Positions 48,832 to 61,400 of a stretch of 64,000 nucleotides of DNA are shown one piece after another (position 1 is the first letter of the stretch; each line of letters opens with the position of its first letter). The notes under the pieces are model-generated. The model ran no database searches, was not told the DNA's origin, and saw only the letters and a list, made by a program, of their open reading frames with translations. Source of the stretch: Hypanus sabinus (lineage: Eukaryota); the NCBI RefSeq assembly GCF_030144855.1, contig NC_082715.1, positions 146,196,001 through 146,260,000 of the forward strand, given 5' to 3'. The position numbers and the translations under genes were made by a program.

Positions 48832-49182
48832 ATTCAAATGCAGAGATCACATTAAATCAGGAGGGATCGTTGTCCGTTCAGCCGAGAGGAACTGTGAAGA
48901 TCGGCTGTAGAGTGTCGGGCACCAGCTTGGGAAATTCTGATATAGCATGGTATCAGCAGAAACCTGATGGCGCTCCCCGATTTCTCCTCTATCATGATCT
49001 CAACCGGGACTCAAAGGGTACTGGCATTCCCGATAGATTCTCTGGAAGGTCTCAGTCTTCGAGTAACGCCGCATTTTTAACTATTAGCAATGTTCAACTG
49101 GAGGACGACGCCGATTACTACTGTGGCTGGTGGAAATCAGACGCGTTGCACTTCGGCGGAGGCACCCAGTTAACTGTAACAG
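48832..49182 (+). CDS. IGL: Germline-joined IgL V-J exon, copy 2
   Basis: Same sequence and same V-J junction as copy 1; ORF-track translations are identical. Confidence 0.96.
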
Positions 49183-52100
49183 GTAAGCAGCGCTTATTGT
49201 ATTTTGTGCAGTTGAATTTCTTTATCATTTTATTGATCTAATTTTTAAAAGTCAATTGGATTATAGCTGCAACAATTATGTGAAGATGGCACTTTAAAAA
49301 TGGAATTTAATCTATTTTGTGATTGTATTTGGGTGGTAGGGTGGAGATACATCTCTACCAGTGGAGGTATAATACGTTGCTTCCCTATGTAGCCTGCATG
49401 TTACCCTTGAGCAAGGTATATTACCGTCTCAGCTCCCTGATCAGGGTTACTTGAAACCATGTGAGCAAGTGGTGCATGGACGTACAATCAGAATTTCTGA
49501 TTATGCGACCACTGACGCCAGACAGCTGATCTCTGAAGTGTATTGATAATGGCTTGTGAAGGCACTGCCAAGAAGAAGGCAATGGCAGACTACTTCTGTA
49601 GAAATATTTGCCAAGAGCAATCATGGTCATTGCCCGCGTCATAACAGCTTTGCACATAACGCCGATCATGCGTTTGCCCGCATTCAGCAGCATTCTGGAC
49701 GTAAAAGCTACAACTTTTATTCGTCTCACGGTTCATGCAAAAGGAGTAAACAGAGAGAATAATTCCCAGCTTTCACTAATAGGCAAAACATCGCACATGG
49801 TAAATTACGAAATATTTAACTTAGAGACGTGAGGAGGTATTAGCAGGAAAAGTAATTTTAGTTAAAATATTTGATCCATGAGTGTTATTGTCCTATTTAG
49901 GGGTTCACTTATTCTTTAAAGCATATGAGGCCAAATTCTGTAAACCTGTGTCACTTGGGGGGGGGGGGGGTGGAAAGAAGAGCCTGTTTGACTCAAAGAA
50001 ATTGAAAGGAACGGTTAGAATAGTTGCTGCATGGTCTGCCGAGTTCCTCCAGTGGTTTGTGTATGCGCTATTGTAGTTATAACACTGGAGGGACCCTGTG
50101 ATAAGGAAATATCTCTCAATTCCTTTTGGACCGAGAATTTGAGTCTGATAACCAGAATCTCCCCCAAATCTCCCAAACCAACACAGAATTTAAGGATTAG
50201 TTTCGAACGCTAGAAATTCACGTCCTCGTTGCATCAGATTTTTACATGAGAAAGGGAGTCAATGAACTAATTCGAACAATAGAATAGAAGCAGAACTCTT
50301 TTGGAATAATCTATCACCAGCATGCTTTCGTTATTTTCTAAACTTAAGTCTACTGGGATTTATTGCTTGAAACTTAGTTCCATCTATAGCCACCTTAACG
50401 TAACATCAGATACGAAAACAACAGCCATATTTTAACCCAGAGCGCTAGTGGAAATAAGAACATCGTTGTTACAAAACGGTTTGAAGTGAACAATTGCAAT
50501 CATGTATTAGGATGATGAACCCAAAAACGATTGACTTTTCACGGAGCTTTCTATAACCCTACCATAGATTGCATGAACACTGCAAACACTGAAAAGCTTA
50601 CATGCTGCGAATTCTCTTTGTTTTTACAGTAACGTTAATGAGCATAACCGGCAACAAGATTAAATGGTTGGCAGTAACCTAATTTGTATTTGTAGCAATC
50701 ATTCTGCAGTTATCTTGAAAGCGCAAATGACCTGATTTGGGCTATTTCTATGCACATTAACTGCTGCATTGAGTTTACATGGCTGGTAGCTCCTCCCTCT
50801 GCTCTGTATGATCAGAATGGGTTCCTCAAGTAATCGATGCTGCAGGGTTCAGGTTACTTTTTCTATACTGGACCGTTTCTGACCTGGGAATATTTGACCG
50901 AATTGTGTACGTTGCTGAAAATGTTTCATGCGACACGAAAGAAGTTAGTACATGAATTAAACACAGAGTTAAGCTAATTGACTTCATTCCGTTATTATCT
51001 CGCTGGGTTTGCGATAGTAAAATTCATTCCCGTACGTTCTCCTTTCAAACCCTTCAAGGGTATGAGTATGATGAGTTAAAAACAAATTGATTTCACTTAC
51101 AATATCGCGATAAACAGTGGCAAGGCCAGGACATCATGAGTTAGATAGAAAAAAAGCTCCTACACTGCCTATCCGTTCGTATTAACCCTCAACAGGTTAT
51201 GGGAATTTTGCAGTAGAACCGTACCATGGAACAATATATAGAATTTAGTTAAAGAGATCCACTGTTTCATCTCCAGCCTCAGGATCAATCTCTATTTAGG
51301 ACATGAGGCTTGGCAAGCGATTGAATGGGTGTTTTGGTTCCAGTCATCATAAATCTATTAGTTTTTAAGTAAGTTTTGAAAAACAAATAGGATTAGTTCG
51401 CAAGTTGGAGCCTAAATTGGAATAAAGCAAAATTTGATGGGATTAGACCAGAACTCTCAAGGATTGATTCGGAGAAGCTGTTAGCAGGTGCAGTGACGTT
51501 TGGCAAGTCGGAAGCTTTTGAAAGTGTGATGCAGAGAATTCAGGGCAAATATGTTTCTGTCAGAGTTAACGGCAAGGTAGGTAGGATTGAGGAGCGCTTC
51601 CTGATGGAAATGTACAGAGGTTCTGCTCAGGATACAGAAAATGTGATGTAGAGCTAATTGGGATCAAGCAAAATCTGTTGAGAGAATAAGGAGTTTTGGG
51701 GCAAACACGAGGAAATCTGCAGATGCTGGAAATTCAAACAACACACATTAAATGGAATTTTGCAATTCAGTTGATGAAGAAGGTAGGAACAATTGTGGAC
51801 ATATCCTTAGCAGATAAGTTGATCCGAAGAGATTCTTTGAATATATTAAGAGCAGCGAGGGAGAGAAAAGGTCCACGTAAGGATTAGTTTGATAGAGGAT
51901 GTGTGGAGCCTCAGGAGACTGACGTGGAATGAAATCGATACTTCCAATCTACTTTACAGTGGAAAAGTCACAGAAGCTAGGAAATTCAGAGACAAACAAT
52001 GCGATGCCCTGAAGCATAATGATATTATGTAAAATGGGCTGTTGGGATTTTTGAGGAGAGTAACAGTTGATAAATCTCGAGGACTTGCTCTCTATATCCC

Positions 52101-53782
52101 CAAATGTGTAGCAAGCTTGGGAACAATTTGCGGGGATCTTTGCCGAGACTTTTGTATCTTTGTTAGCCACACGCAAGTTCTTGGAAATCTAAAGTTTGGC
52201 TAATGTATCATTTTTACTTGAGAGACTGCAAGGATAAACTAAGGAACTACAGGTTGACGAGCCTAACATTAGTCGAGGGGTACTACAGGCGATTCTGCGA
52301 GACAAGCTCTAGAAACATTTGGAAAGGCAAGAGATTAGGAATAGTCACCATGATTTTGTGTGTGAGAAATCACGTCTCCGAAATTTTCTTGGCTGTTTTG
52401 AAAAGGCGACCAAAGCAAATGACATGGGTAGGGCCGTAGTTGACCACATGGAAGGGACATCGTGGATTATAATGAACGGCTGGGATAAACTGGGATTGCT
52501 TTTCTTTGAACGCATAGAGGCTGAAGGGTGACATTAGGATGAATGGTCAAAGTCTATAATTAACCCCTCTCGGGCTTCCAGACGGGTACGTGTATCACTT
52601 TTAACCGACGTTTCGATGACAAACTCTGCCATCTTTATCATGAAGGTGGAGTCTGTCATCGAAGCGTCGGTTAAAATAGATCACTGTACCTGGCAGGAAA
52701 CCCGAGAAGTGTTTTTTCGGCATATACGCCGGGAACGCACCAGATTCTCTTTGGTCAAAGTCTATTCCCAATTGTCACGGTTCTTAAAACTGGAGGGCAT
52801 GGATTTAGGGAGATGGAGGAAAATTGAAGGTTATATTTATTTCCACAAAGTGGGTGGTTATATGGCAACACGTGCCAGACGAAACACCTGTCAGGTGTTG
52901 CAACTGTTATTAAGTTTAAAATACGTTTAGAGATGTACACGGAGAGGTAATGTTCAAAGAGATACGGAGCAAATGCAGGTGAATGGGTCCAGCTGAAGAA
53001 GACGCCTTATTCGGCATCGACGAAGAACTTGTTTTCTTGTTGCATAATTCTGTGACTCCAGTGTGTGGCTCGTATTTCCATAGAGTATTGATCGCCTTAG
53101 AGTAGTAAATGTGTTTATGGATCAGTTATTGCATCAGTGGCTCATAACTCAGGACTGCACAGCAGAGGGAGATTGTATGAAAGTCTCCATTTCTGCCTTC
53201 ATCGCATTGGATGCGGAGAAAGCTGAAGGTGGAAAGTGGAGAAGATGCCGCTAGAATTTGGAAGTGTGCGAGTAGCGCTCCATGTTTACTCAGGTATCCT
53301 GGGTGATTTGTTTAAAACCCATGCAGCAGAGCGATCCTCAGTCTTCTTGCATAGTCACGCATTTAGAGCATGACATCTCTCTGTGAAGACCGCGAGGTAG
53401 ACGCTCTGCAACGGATAAAATAAATCACCCTCAGATATATGAGCATTTATGGACAAAAGAAATAATCGAACTATAATTGGAACTGCGCAGCCTATTCTAG
53501 CACGGGAGTAATTGCATTGCGGCAATGTAATTGCGATATTTTTGAGTCCTGATGCTCTTGAAAATAACCTCACCGGTCGTTTCCAGTCACCGCACCGACC
53601 TATTGCCGATTGCTTAACACGCATTCGGCACCGTTGTACAAAGTCTGTCCACTTTTTCCGCTCGTCGTTGGTGTTGAACTTGAACCGCAACTTGCCATCT
53701 GAGTCACTACGTCACTAAGTATTAATTGATTCACACACGATTTGTTATCGTTCTTTAATATGGACATTTTATTTCATTCCAG

Positions 53783-54111
53783 GTGGAAAACTGACCCGTC
53801 CTTCGATTACTCTTCTTCCACCCGCGTCAAAACAGATCAGTGAAGGACAGAAGGCGACTCTGGTGTGTCTGGTCAATAACTTTTCCCCTAGATCGGCGGA
53901 GGTTTCCTGGGAAATGGACGGCAAAACCGTGAAGGCTGGTGTCCTGACAACTCGAACCGTCCAGAATAGCGACCAGACCTACAGCCTCAGCAGTTACCTC
54001 ACCCTGACCGCCTCGGAGTGGAACTCACACGAAGAGTACACTTGCGGGGTGACACACCAGTCTCTCGGGTCTCCACTGAAGCGAAGCATCCAGAAATCGG
54101 GCTGTGCGTAA
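53783..54111 (+). CDS. IGL: IgL constant exon, lambda-like, copy 2
   Basis: Identical to 20780-21108 (offset 33003). Confidence 0.95.
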
Positions 54112-54279
54112 GAGAGAGCCGGCAGGCTGGGTGCGTGGTGTTACTTGTGGTCGGGGACAGCAACGTTCTATGATTGTTTCCTTTCTATTGGCGAGCGGAT
54201 CCCGAAAAGTAGAACTTTAACAATATTTACATTACAACAAAAATTCACTTTGTAATTGAGTCCTACAATCGTTTGTTTA

Positions 54280-54285
54280 AATAAA
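54280..54285 (+). terminator. Polyadenylation signal of IgL copy 2
   Basis: AATAAA at the position equivalent to 21277-21282. Confidence 0.75.
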
Positions 54286-57200
54286 GTAAAAGATGTTTCT
54301 TCTGGCAGCCTGTATATTTTGTATGTCAGCAATTGAGTATAACCATAGGCCTGTAAATCGCTAAATTCATTGAGATGACGAACGCCATCTTTTAACGTCG
54401 TCTTTGTGCGTAAAACAGCTTGGGATACTAAAAGCGGACATGAGGTTACAGGTTATCACATGAGCGGACATGAGGTTACAGGTTATCACATGAGTGGAGA
54501 TGCCGCGGTACAAAAACAGCGGCTACGGGCGTTGATTTATAGCAGCGATTCCTGTAGTCACTAGCTAACGAAGGTAACATATGTTAACAGGGAATACAAA
54601 AAAGGGACAATCAGATCCTATTCCGCTCCGTATGTTAATGCCCACAGTCAGAAATGAGCAGCAGTAGTTCGGTACAGATGGAATTCGCACTCATGCAATC
54701 TCAGAGAAAGAAGGCAAAAATTTGTAAAGGCTATGTTTGCTGTTATATCCTTTAGCTCGCTTCGTAGACTCGGAACGGTACCACAAAACACCATCTCAGA
54801 ACTGCTCGGCATTTTTTCCAATGCAAGCAGAGCAGTAAGAAAGTTCCATCATGAACTGCTGTCAAAATTCTTTGACAGCTGATGATGTGACTCTGGTTGT
54901 GTCGGTTATTAACCATAAAACTGGAATGAGGAAAAGGGCATTTTATCCTCCTAACATGTTCAGATATATATAATCAAGTTGTAGTTAATATTCGACCTCA
55001 GCACCATGTTCCTGACTCTGCCTTAATATGCAGATATGCGTCGATTTTAATAACTGTCCCTTGAAAGGGTGGAGAATTCCACCACCGAATGCACATTAAG
55101 TGCGTGTTCTTGACTGAGGAGCAGGTTGTGCCATGTTGCCATTTACGGGAACAAGACGGAACGCCCCAAAGTCAGAATTCCGCGAAAAGGCCGGGAGTGC
55201 TTCTCACTTCATTTTCAAGTAACAACCGCTTCGTCTGAGACTGGAGCCATGATAGTGGACTCCTCATCTTGGAAAGTCTCTTGTTTTCATGCAGCGTGTT
55301 AAGATCTGTTGGGATTTTTAATTTCATTGAAATCTCCCCTCATACTCGTAAGTTCTCGAAAAAACAGACCAAACTATGCAAATTATTCCCATATTATTCT
55401 CAGTGAGTCCACTGTCACTGGAACTAGTTTGGTGAATATTTGTTGCAACTCCTTCATCTCTTTAAGCGGTGATATCAAAACTAGTCAATGACGTCACTAT
55501 TCGTGTACATAAATCTCTGTCATGACAAAGGCTAAAATAACATTTGTCTTCCACGTGGTCTGTTCTTCCGGCACTTCGGCGCTCAGGAAGCCGAAACCTA
55601 TTTAGCAGCACCACCGTGAATGTAATATACTCTGATATTGAGATATTTGTAAAATATTTTAAATTTGGAACGGGTTATCAGACAATTAAACTAAAGTTTT
55701 AATCAAGATTAGTTCGTGAAACAGATACACAAATAGTTAAAATAATACATGAAAATAAGCCAGATTTAAACAATCTATCTTTCTTTTTATACAACTGTCC
55801 TGTTCGCTACACCCCACAAGCAATGCTGTCTCTTATGGATTGAAGTGTGAACCTGGCCCAAGATACAAGTGTCAATAACAGTGCAATGCTGGGTCCTGTC
55901 TTTTCGGTTCTACTACAGCGCAGCATTTGGTATAGCAACAAAAACTGACCAGCATGCAGATAGTTTTCAATAAATCGTCCTCAAAGCTTGAAACTGCGCA
56001 CTGTACAAAGAATTACCAATTCCATGTGGTCGAAAGAAAACTTAATCAAAAAGGCAGTGCTGATCTAGTCAGAAATTTTCCGTACAACTGTTAACATACG
56101 ATTATATATACTGAAAATCGCTAAAAATAAACCATTTTTTCCACCGACGTTCGACTTTTTAATAGAATATAAGCATATTGCGCTTTGGATCAACGATTGC
56201 TATGTTTGATTAGTGGACGAAGATACAAGGCGTCAGATGTTCTGGTGGTTGTCGCACTCGGGCTACCATTGCTGGGGTGTGACGATATTAGGTAGAAGTA
56301 ATCGTTGACAAGGATTCTTATGAGAGCAGTGATCAATGTACGTAACGAGAAGACATTAATTGTGCTCATTTTGGGATTATTTAGAGTTTGGATTTGTCCA
56401 GCTGTTTATCGATCCTGAGAATGCCTGTGAGGCGAGTAAATATTTCTCAACAGTGTATTTAAATGTAGGATGTTTCCTCCTTGTCACTGAGATCATCATC
56501 AATAGTTTGAGACTGGTACTTTCAGTAACCTGAATGGATTCCTTGGCCCAGGCCTATTGAATTCATCTCGCCCACCTCCCCGTCATTGCCAAAGCAATCC
56601 TCATTTAAATGTCCATTTTATGCTTGCCTGTTAGGCTTTGCTTAAACGTGGCTCTTCTGATAATGCATAATAAAGCGAAGTCTATAAGAATTCCCCGAAG
56701 GTAATCCCAGTCAATTCTCCAATGACCACCTTTGTCTGTTCTTAGGTTTAATATTTCTGCAGATATTTGCAGTCATCTTTGAAATAAAAGTAAGCTGACA
56801 CAAATCAGCATTTCTGTAAGCATGCAATATTTGATTTGATTAAATATCTGATTATATTATAGGATCCTTGCTGTAAATTAGTAACAATTTGGTCGCATCT
56901 AACAAATCAAGGACGGAAGAAAGATGCAGCAGTACCAACATTGGACCACCTAGCTCCACCGACCGCCTATCCCTGCTCCAGTAGGACCACGTCTCTTACC
57001 CATTGTACTGCTAATCCTCGTACACCGTGCTTTACGAGGTGTTCTAAAATCCTATCAGTGTCACCGACGAACACCATATATGTCTGATCTCTGAGGAGAA
57101 AGTTGGGAATGCTTCATATAAAAAGAAACATTTCAGTTCTAAGATTATCCAAATCTTCACTCAAAGACGGTTGACTCCAGACCTAGTTTTGACAGCTAGA

Positions 57201-58474
57201 GAAAAGGTTTCCCAATATCTGGTTTCTCAAACCAATTGAGGAATTTTAACAGAGATCATCTCACATACTGTGAAACTACAGTAACCTTCCTCCAGTTTTC
57301 TTAAATATCTGTTTAATGGAAATTGTTTTCACCTTAGGAATTGATTCTGTCCACTATGCCGCACTGACTACAAGCAAATATATCGTGTCTTAGACATTGA
57401 AAATGCACACTAGGTAGAACAAAAATTGTGGTCTCTGGAACTTCCTGTAAAATATGAACAAGTCAGTTATATATACAACCTACCTCCTCAATGCGAAGCC
57501 AAATGATAATGCGTGAAAGTAATATTGTAAACACTTTCCATTCCATTTGAAAATCAAAACTAAAAGATCAGAAACAAAAGGTCAGCAAAGCATCAAAATA
57601 TGGACTCATCACTTCCCGCTAATTAATTATAAAAGTCATCACTTTTGACGTATTGCTCTGCAACACCGCAACCTACGGCGCAATATGTTGTATGAAATAT
57701 CATCACTCCAGTTTTCCCCATTTCCGTTTGACTTATCCGATCTCGTCGGAAACTACTTCTATATTAGTTTCACACAGCCACATCGACAAGTGCAGTAGGG
57801 GCTTTCAGTATTTCAGTGAGGTGCCACTCTTCTAAACACTGGAGAATTAAGGTATAGTATTTATAACTCTCCACATAGAATTAACCCCTACTCCTGCATG
57901 CTAAACGGGCGAATCCTCTTCATTTCTTCGCATTCGTATCCATCCTTGGTGAGAGAATTACAACCTCTTCAAATTGGACAGCACGGTAGCAGTACGAGCC
58001 GGAGGGGTACCGGAGTTCAATCCCGACGTCTTTCGTCAGTAGTTTGTATACTCCTCCCCGTGAACTCGCGGGTTTCCTCCGGGTGTTCCGTTTTCCTCGC
58101 ACGTTCCAAAGATCTGTATTGTAAGTTGTCCTGTGATAAGGCTAGGATTCATAGGTGGGTTGCTGGGCTGTGAGGTTCATTGGGTCGGAAGGGCCTGTTC
58201 CACGCTCTGTCTCGAAATAAATAAATAAAATCTTCTGATGCCGTCCCGTTAAGGTGGGTCTGTGAGCCCACTATGCTATTTTACCATTATAATCATGTCC
58301 TATTGCCCTTCCCGCTGATTGCTTTCATTTACATCGACTTTAGGTGATTCATTTGTAGATCCTAAATTGTCTTCTAATACTGACGTTGTAATCTATTGCT
58401 TTGATTTTCAATTCGTATAGATGGTTACTTCATGTTCCTAAAGGACAATCAACTTGTTTAATGTTATACTTTTC

Positions 58475-61400
58475 CTTTTCTTTCTTTTTCAATCTTTTTA
58501 TTGAATTTCATATATATAAAAAAAAACAACACATAATAATGAATAGATTACAAATTCAATAAACTTGAGATTACATTAGTAATAGGATAATAATATCCTA
58601 TTAAAACGTCCATCAACAAAAGGTACATAAATCAATCAAGTCTATATAAATATATATGAAAAAAAAACAAAAATAATCATCGAAAAAAGAAAAAAAAATT
58701 GAAATTATATATGAGAAAAAATATATATTGAAAAAAAATACTAAACTAAAACTAACATGGGCAATAATAGCACTTTATAAATATATGAAGGTGTCAAGAA
58801 AAGAACTCCGGAACTCCATACCTGAACAAGGATAAGTAGAGAAAAGGATCTGAAATAGGCCAAATTAATTCATATGAAAGTGTCGAATAAATGGTCCCCA
58901 GGTTTCTTCAAATTTAATTGAAGAATCAAAGATAGTGCTTCTGATTTTTTCCAAACTCAAATAAGAAATAGTTTGGGAGAACCACTGAAATGTAGTAGGA
59001 GGATTTACTTCTTTCCAGTTTTGTAATATAGACCTTCTGGCAATTAATGTTACAAAGGCAATCATTCGTCTGATTGAAGGGGAAAGCTGATTGCCATCTT
59101 CATTTGGTATACCGAAAATTGCAGTAATAAAATGGGGTTGTAAATCGATATTCCATACTGAGGAAATGACATCAAAAATGTCCTTCCAATAGTTATGTAA
59201 AGTGGGACATGTCCAAAACATGTGGGTCAATGAAGCCACTTCTAAGTGACATCTGTCACATTGAGGATTAATATGCGAGTAAAATCGGGCAAGCTTATCT
59301 TTAGACATATAAGCTCTATGTACAATTTTAAATTGTATTAAAGCATGTTTAGCACAAATAGAGGAGGAATTAACCATTTGTAAAATTTTTTCCCATTTAT
59401 CTGTTGATATATTACATCGAAGTTCTTTTTCCCATTCTTGTCTAATTCTATCCGACATTTCTGGCTGTATCTTCATAATCATGTTATAAATAAAAGCTAC
59501 TAATCCCTTCTGACAAGGATTAAAAGTAAAAATCAAATCTGAAAAATCCGATGGAGTTGAATTAGGAAAAGATGGAAGAATTTTATGTAAGAAATTTCTA
59601 ATTTGTAAGTATCTAAAAAAATTAGATTTAGGTAATTCAAATTTGTTGGATAGTTGATCAAAAGACATCAAAGTACCTTCAAAAAAAAGATCACGAAAAC
59701 AATTTATACCTTTCCTTTTCCATATACTAAAAGCTTGATCTGTCAATGAAGGTTTGAAAAAGAAATTACATAAAATAGGGCTGTCCAGAGCAAAGTTTTT
59801 CAGATTAAAGAATTTGCGAAATTGAAACCAAATTCGTAGTGTATGTTTAACAACAGGGTTAGATATCTGTTTATTGAATTTGGCTAAATCAATAGGAAGA
59901 AAAGAACCAAGAACGGAAAATATAGAATATCCCTTAACCTCACTACATTCCAAATTTACCCACTGTGGGCACACAGGTGAATCCAAATCTAGTTTCCAGT
60001 ACATTAGGTTACGAATATTATTCGCCCAATAATAAAATCTAAAGTTAGGTAAAGCTAGACCACCATCTTTTTTAGACTTTTGTAATTGCCTTTTGCTTAA
60101 CCTAGGATTTTTATTTTGCCACACAAATGAGGAAATTTTTGAATCAATATTATCAAAAAAAAATTTAGGAATAAAAATTGGTAAAGCTTGGAATAAATAT
60201 AAAAATTTCGGTAAAATCATCATTTTAATAGCATTAATCCGACCAACTAATGATAAAAATATGGGAGACCATCTTGTAGTAAGTTGCTGAATTTGATGAA
60301 GCATAGGTAAAAAATTCAGTCCAAATAAATCTTTATATTTCTTGGTGATTTTTATACCTAAATAGATAAAGTTATCAGTAACAACTTTAAATGGCATCCT
60401 ATCACTCAATAAAGTTTGCGCGTTTAAAGGGAATAACTCACTCTTATCTAAGTTTAACTTATAACCAGAAAAGCTACCAAATTGAGCCAACAAGGATAAA
60501 ATAGCAGGAATAGACCTACTAGGATTAGAAATATATAACAACAAATCATCAGCATAAAGCGATAATTTGTATAACTTCTCATTACGGGTAATACCAAAAA
60601 TATTAGGAGACTCACGAATAGCAATAGCTAAAGGTTCTAATGCAATATTAAATAATAAAGGACTTAAAGGACAACCTTGTCTCGTACCACGAGATAATTG
60701 AAAAAAAGAGGATCTATAATTATTTGTAAGAACAGAAGCAACAGGTTTATAATATATTAATTTAATCCATGATATAAAATTAGGACTAAAATTAAAGTTT
60801 CTCAATGCATTAAATAAATATATCCATTCAACTCTATCAAAGGCTTTTTCAGCATCTAATGAGATAACACATTCTGGGGTTGTAGGTGATGAAGTATAAA
60901 TTATGTTAATCAATTTTCTAATATTAAAAAAGGAATACCGATTCTAATAAAACCAGTTTGATCTTCTGAAATAATCTGTGGTAATACCTTTTCTAATCTA
61001 ATGGCTAAAATTTTTGTAAGAATCTTAGAGTCTACATTTAATAATGATATAGGGCGATAAGATGCACATAAAGTAGGATCTTTATCTTTTTTAAGAATTA
61101 GAGAGATAGTAGCTTCATAAAACGATTGAGGTAGTCTCTTCTTAACAAACGCATCATTAAAAATTTCACATAGCCAAGGAGAAAGCAATAAAGAAAAAGT
61201 TTTAAAAAATTCTACAATAAAACCATCAGGACCAGGAGCTTTCCCTGAATTCATTGATGAGATAGCCTCTCTTATTTCATCCATAGAAATAGGAGCATCA
61301 AGCAAGCTACAATCTTCATCTATCAGTTTAGGAATATTCAAGTTATTAAAAAAATTATCCATCGTAAACCGGTCACCGTCAAATTCTGATTGATATAAAG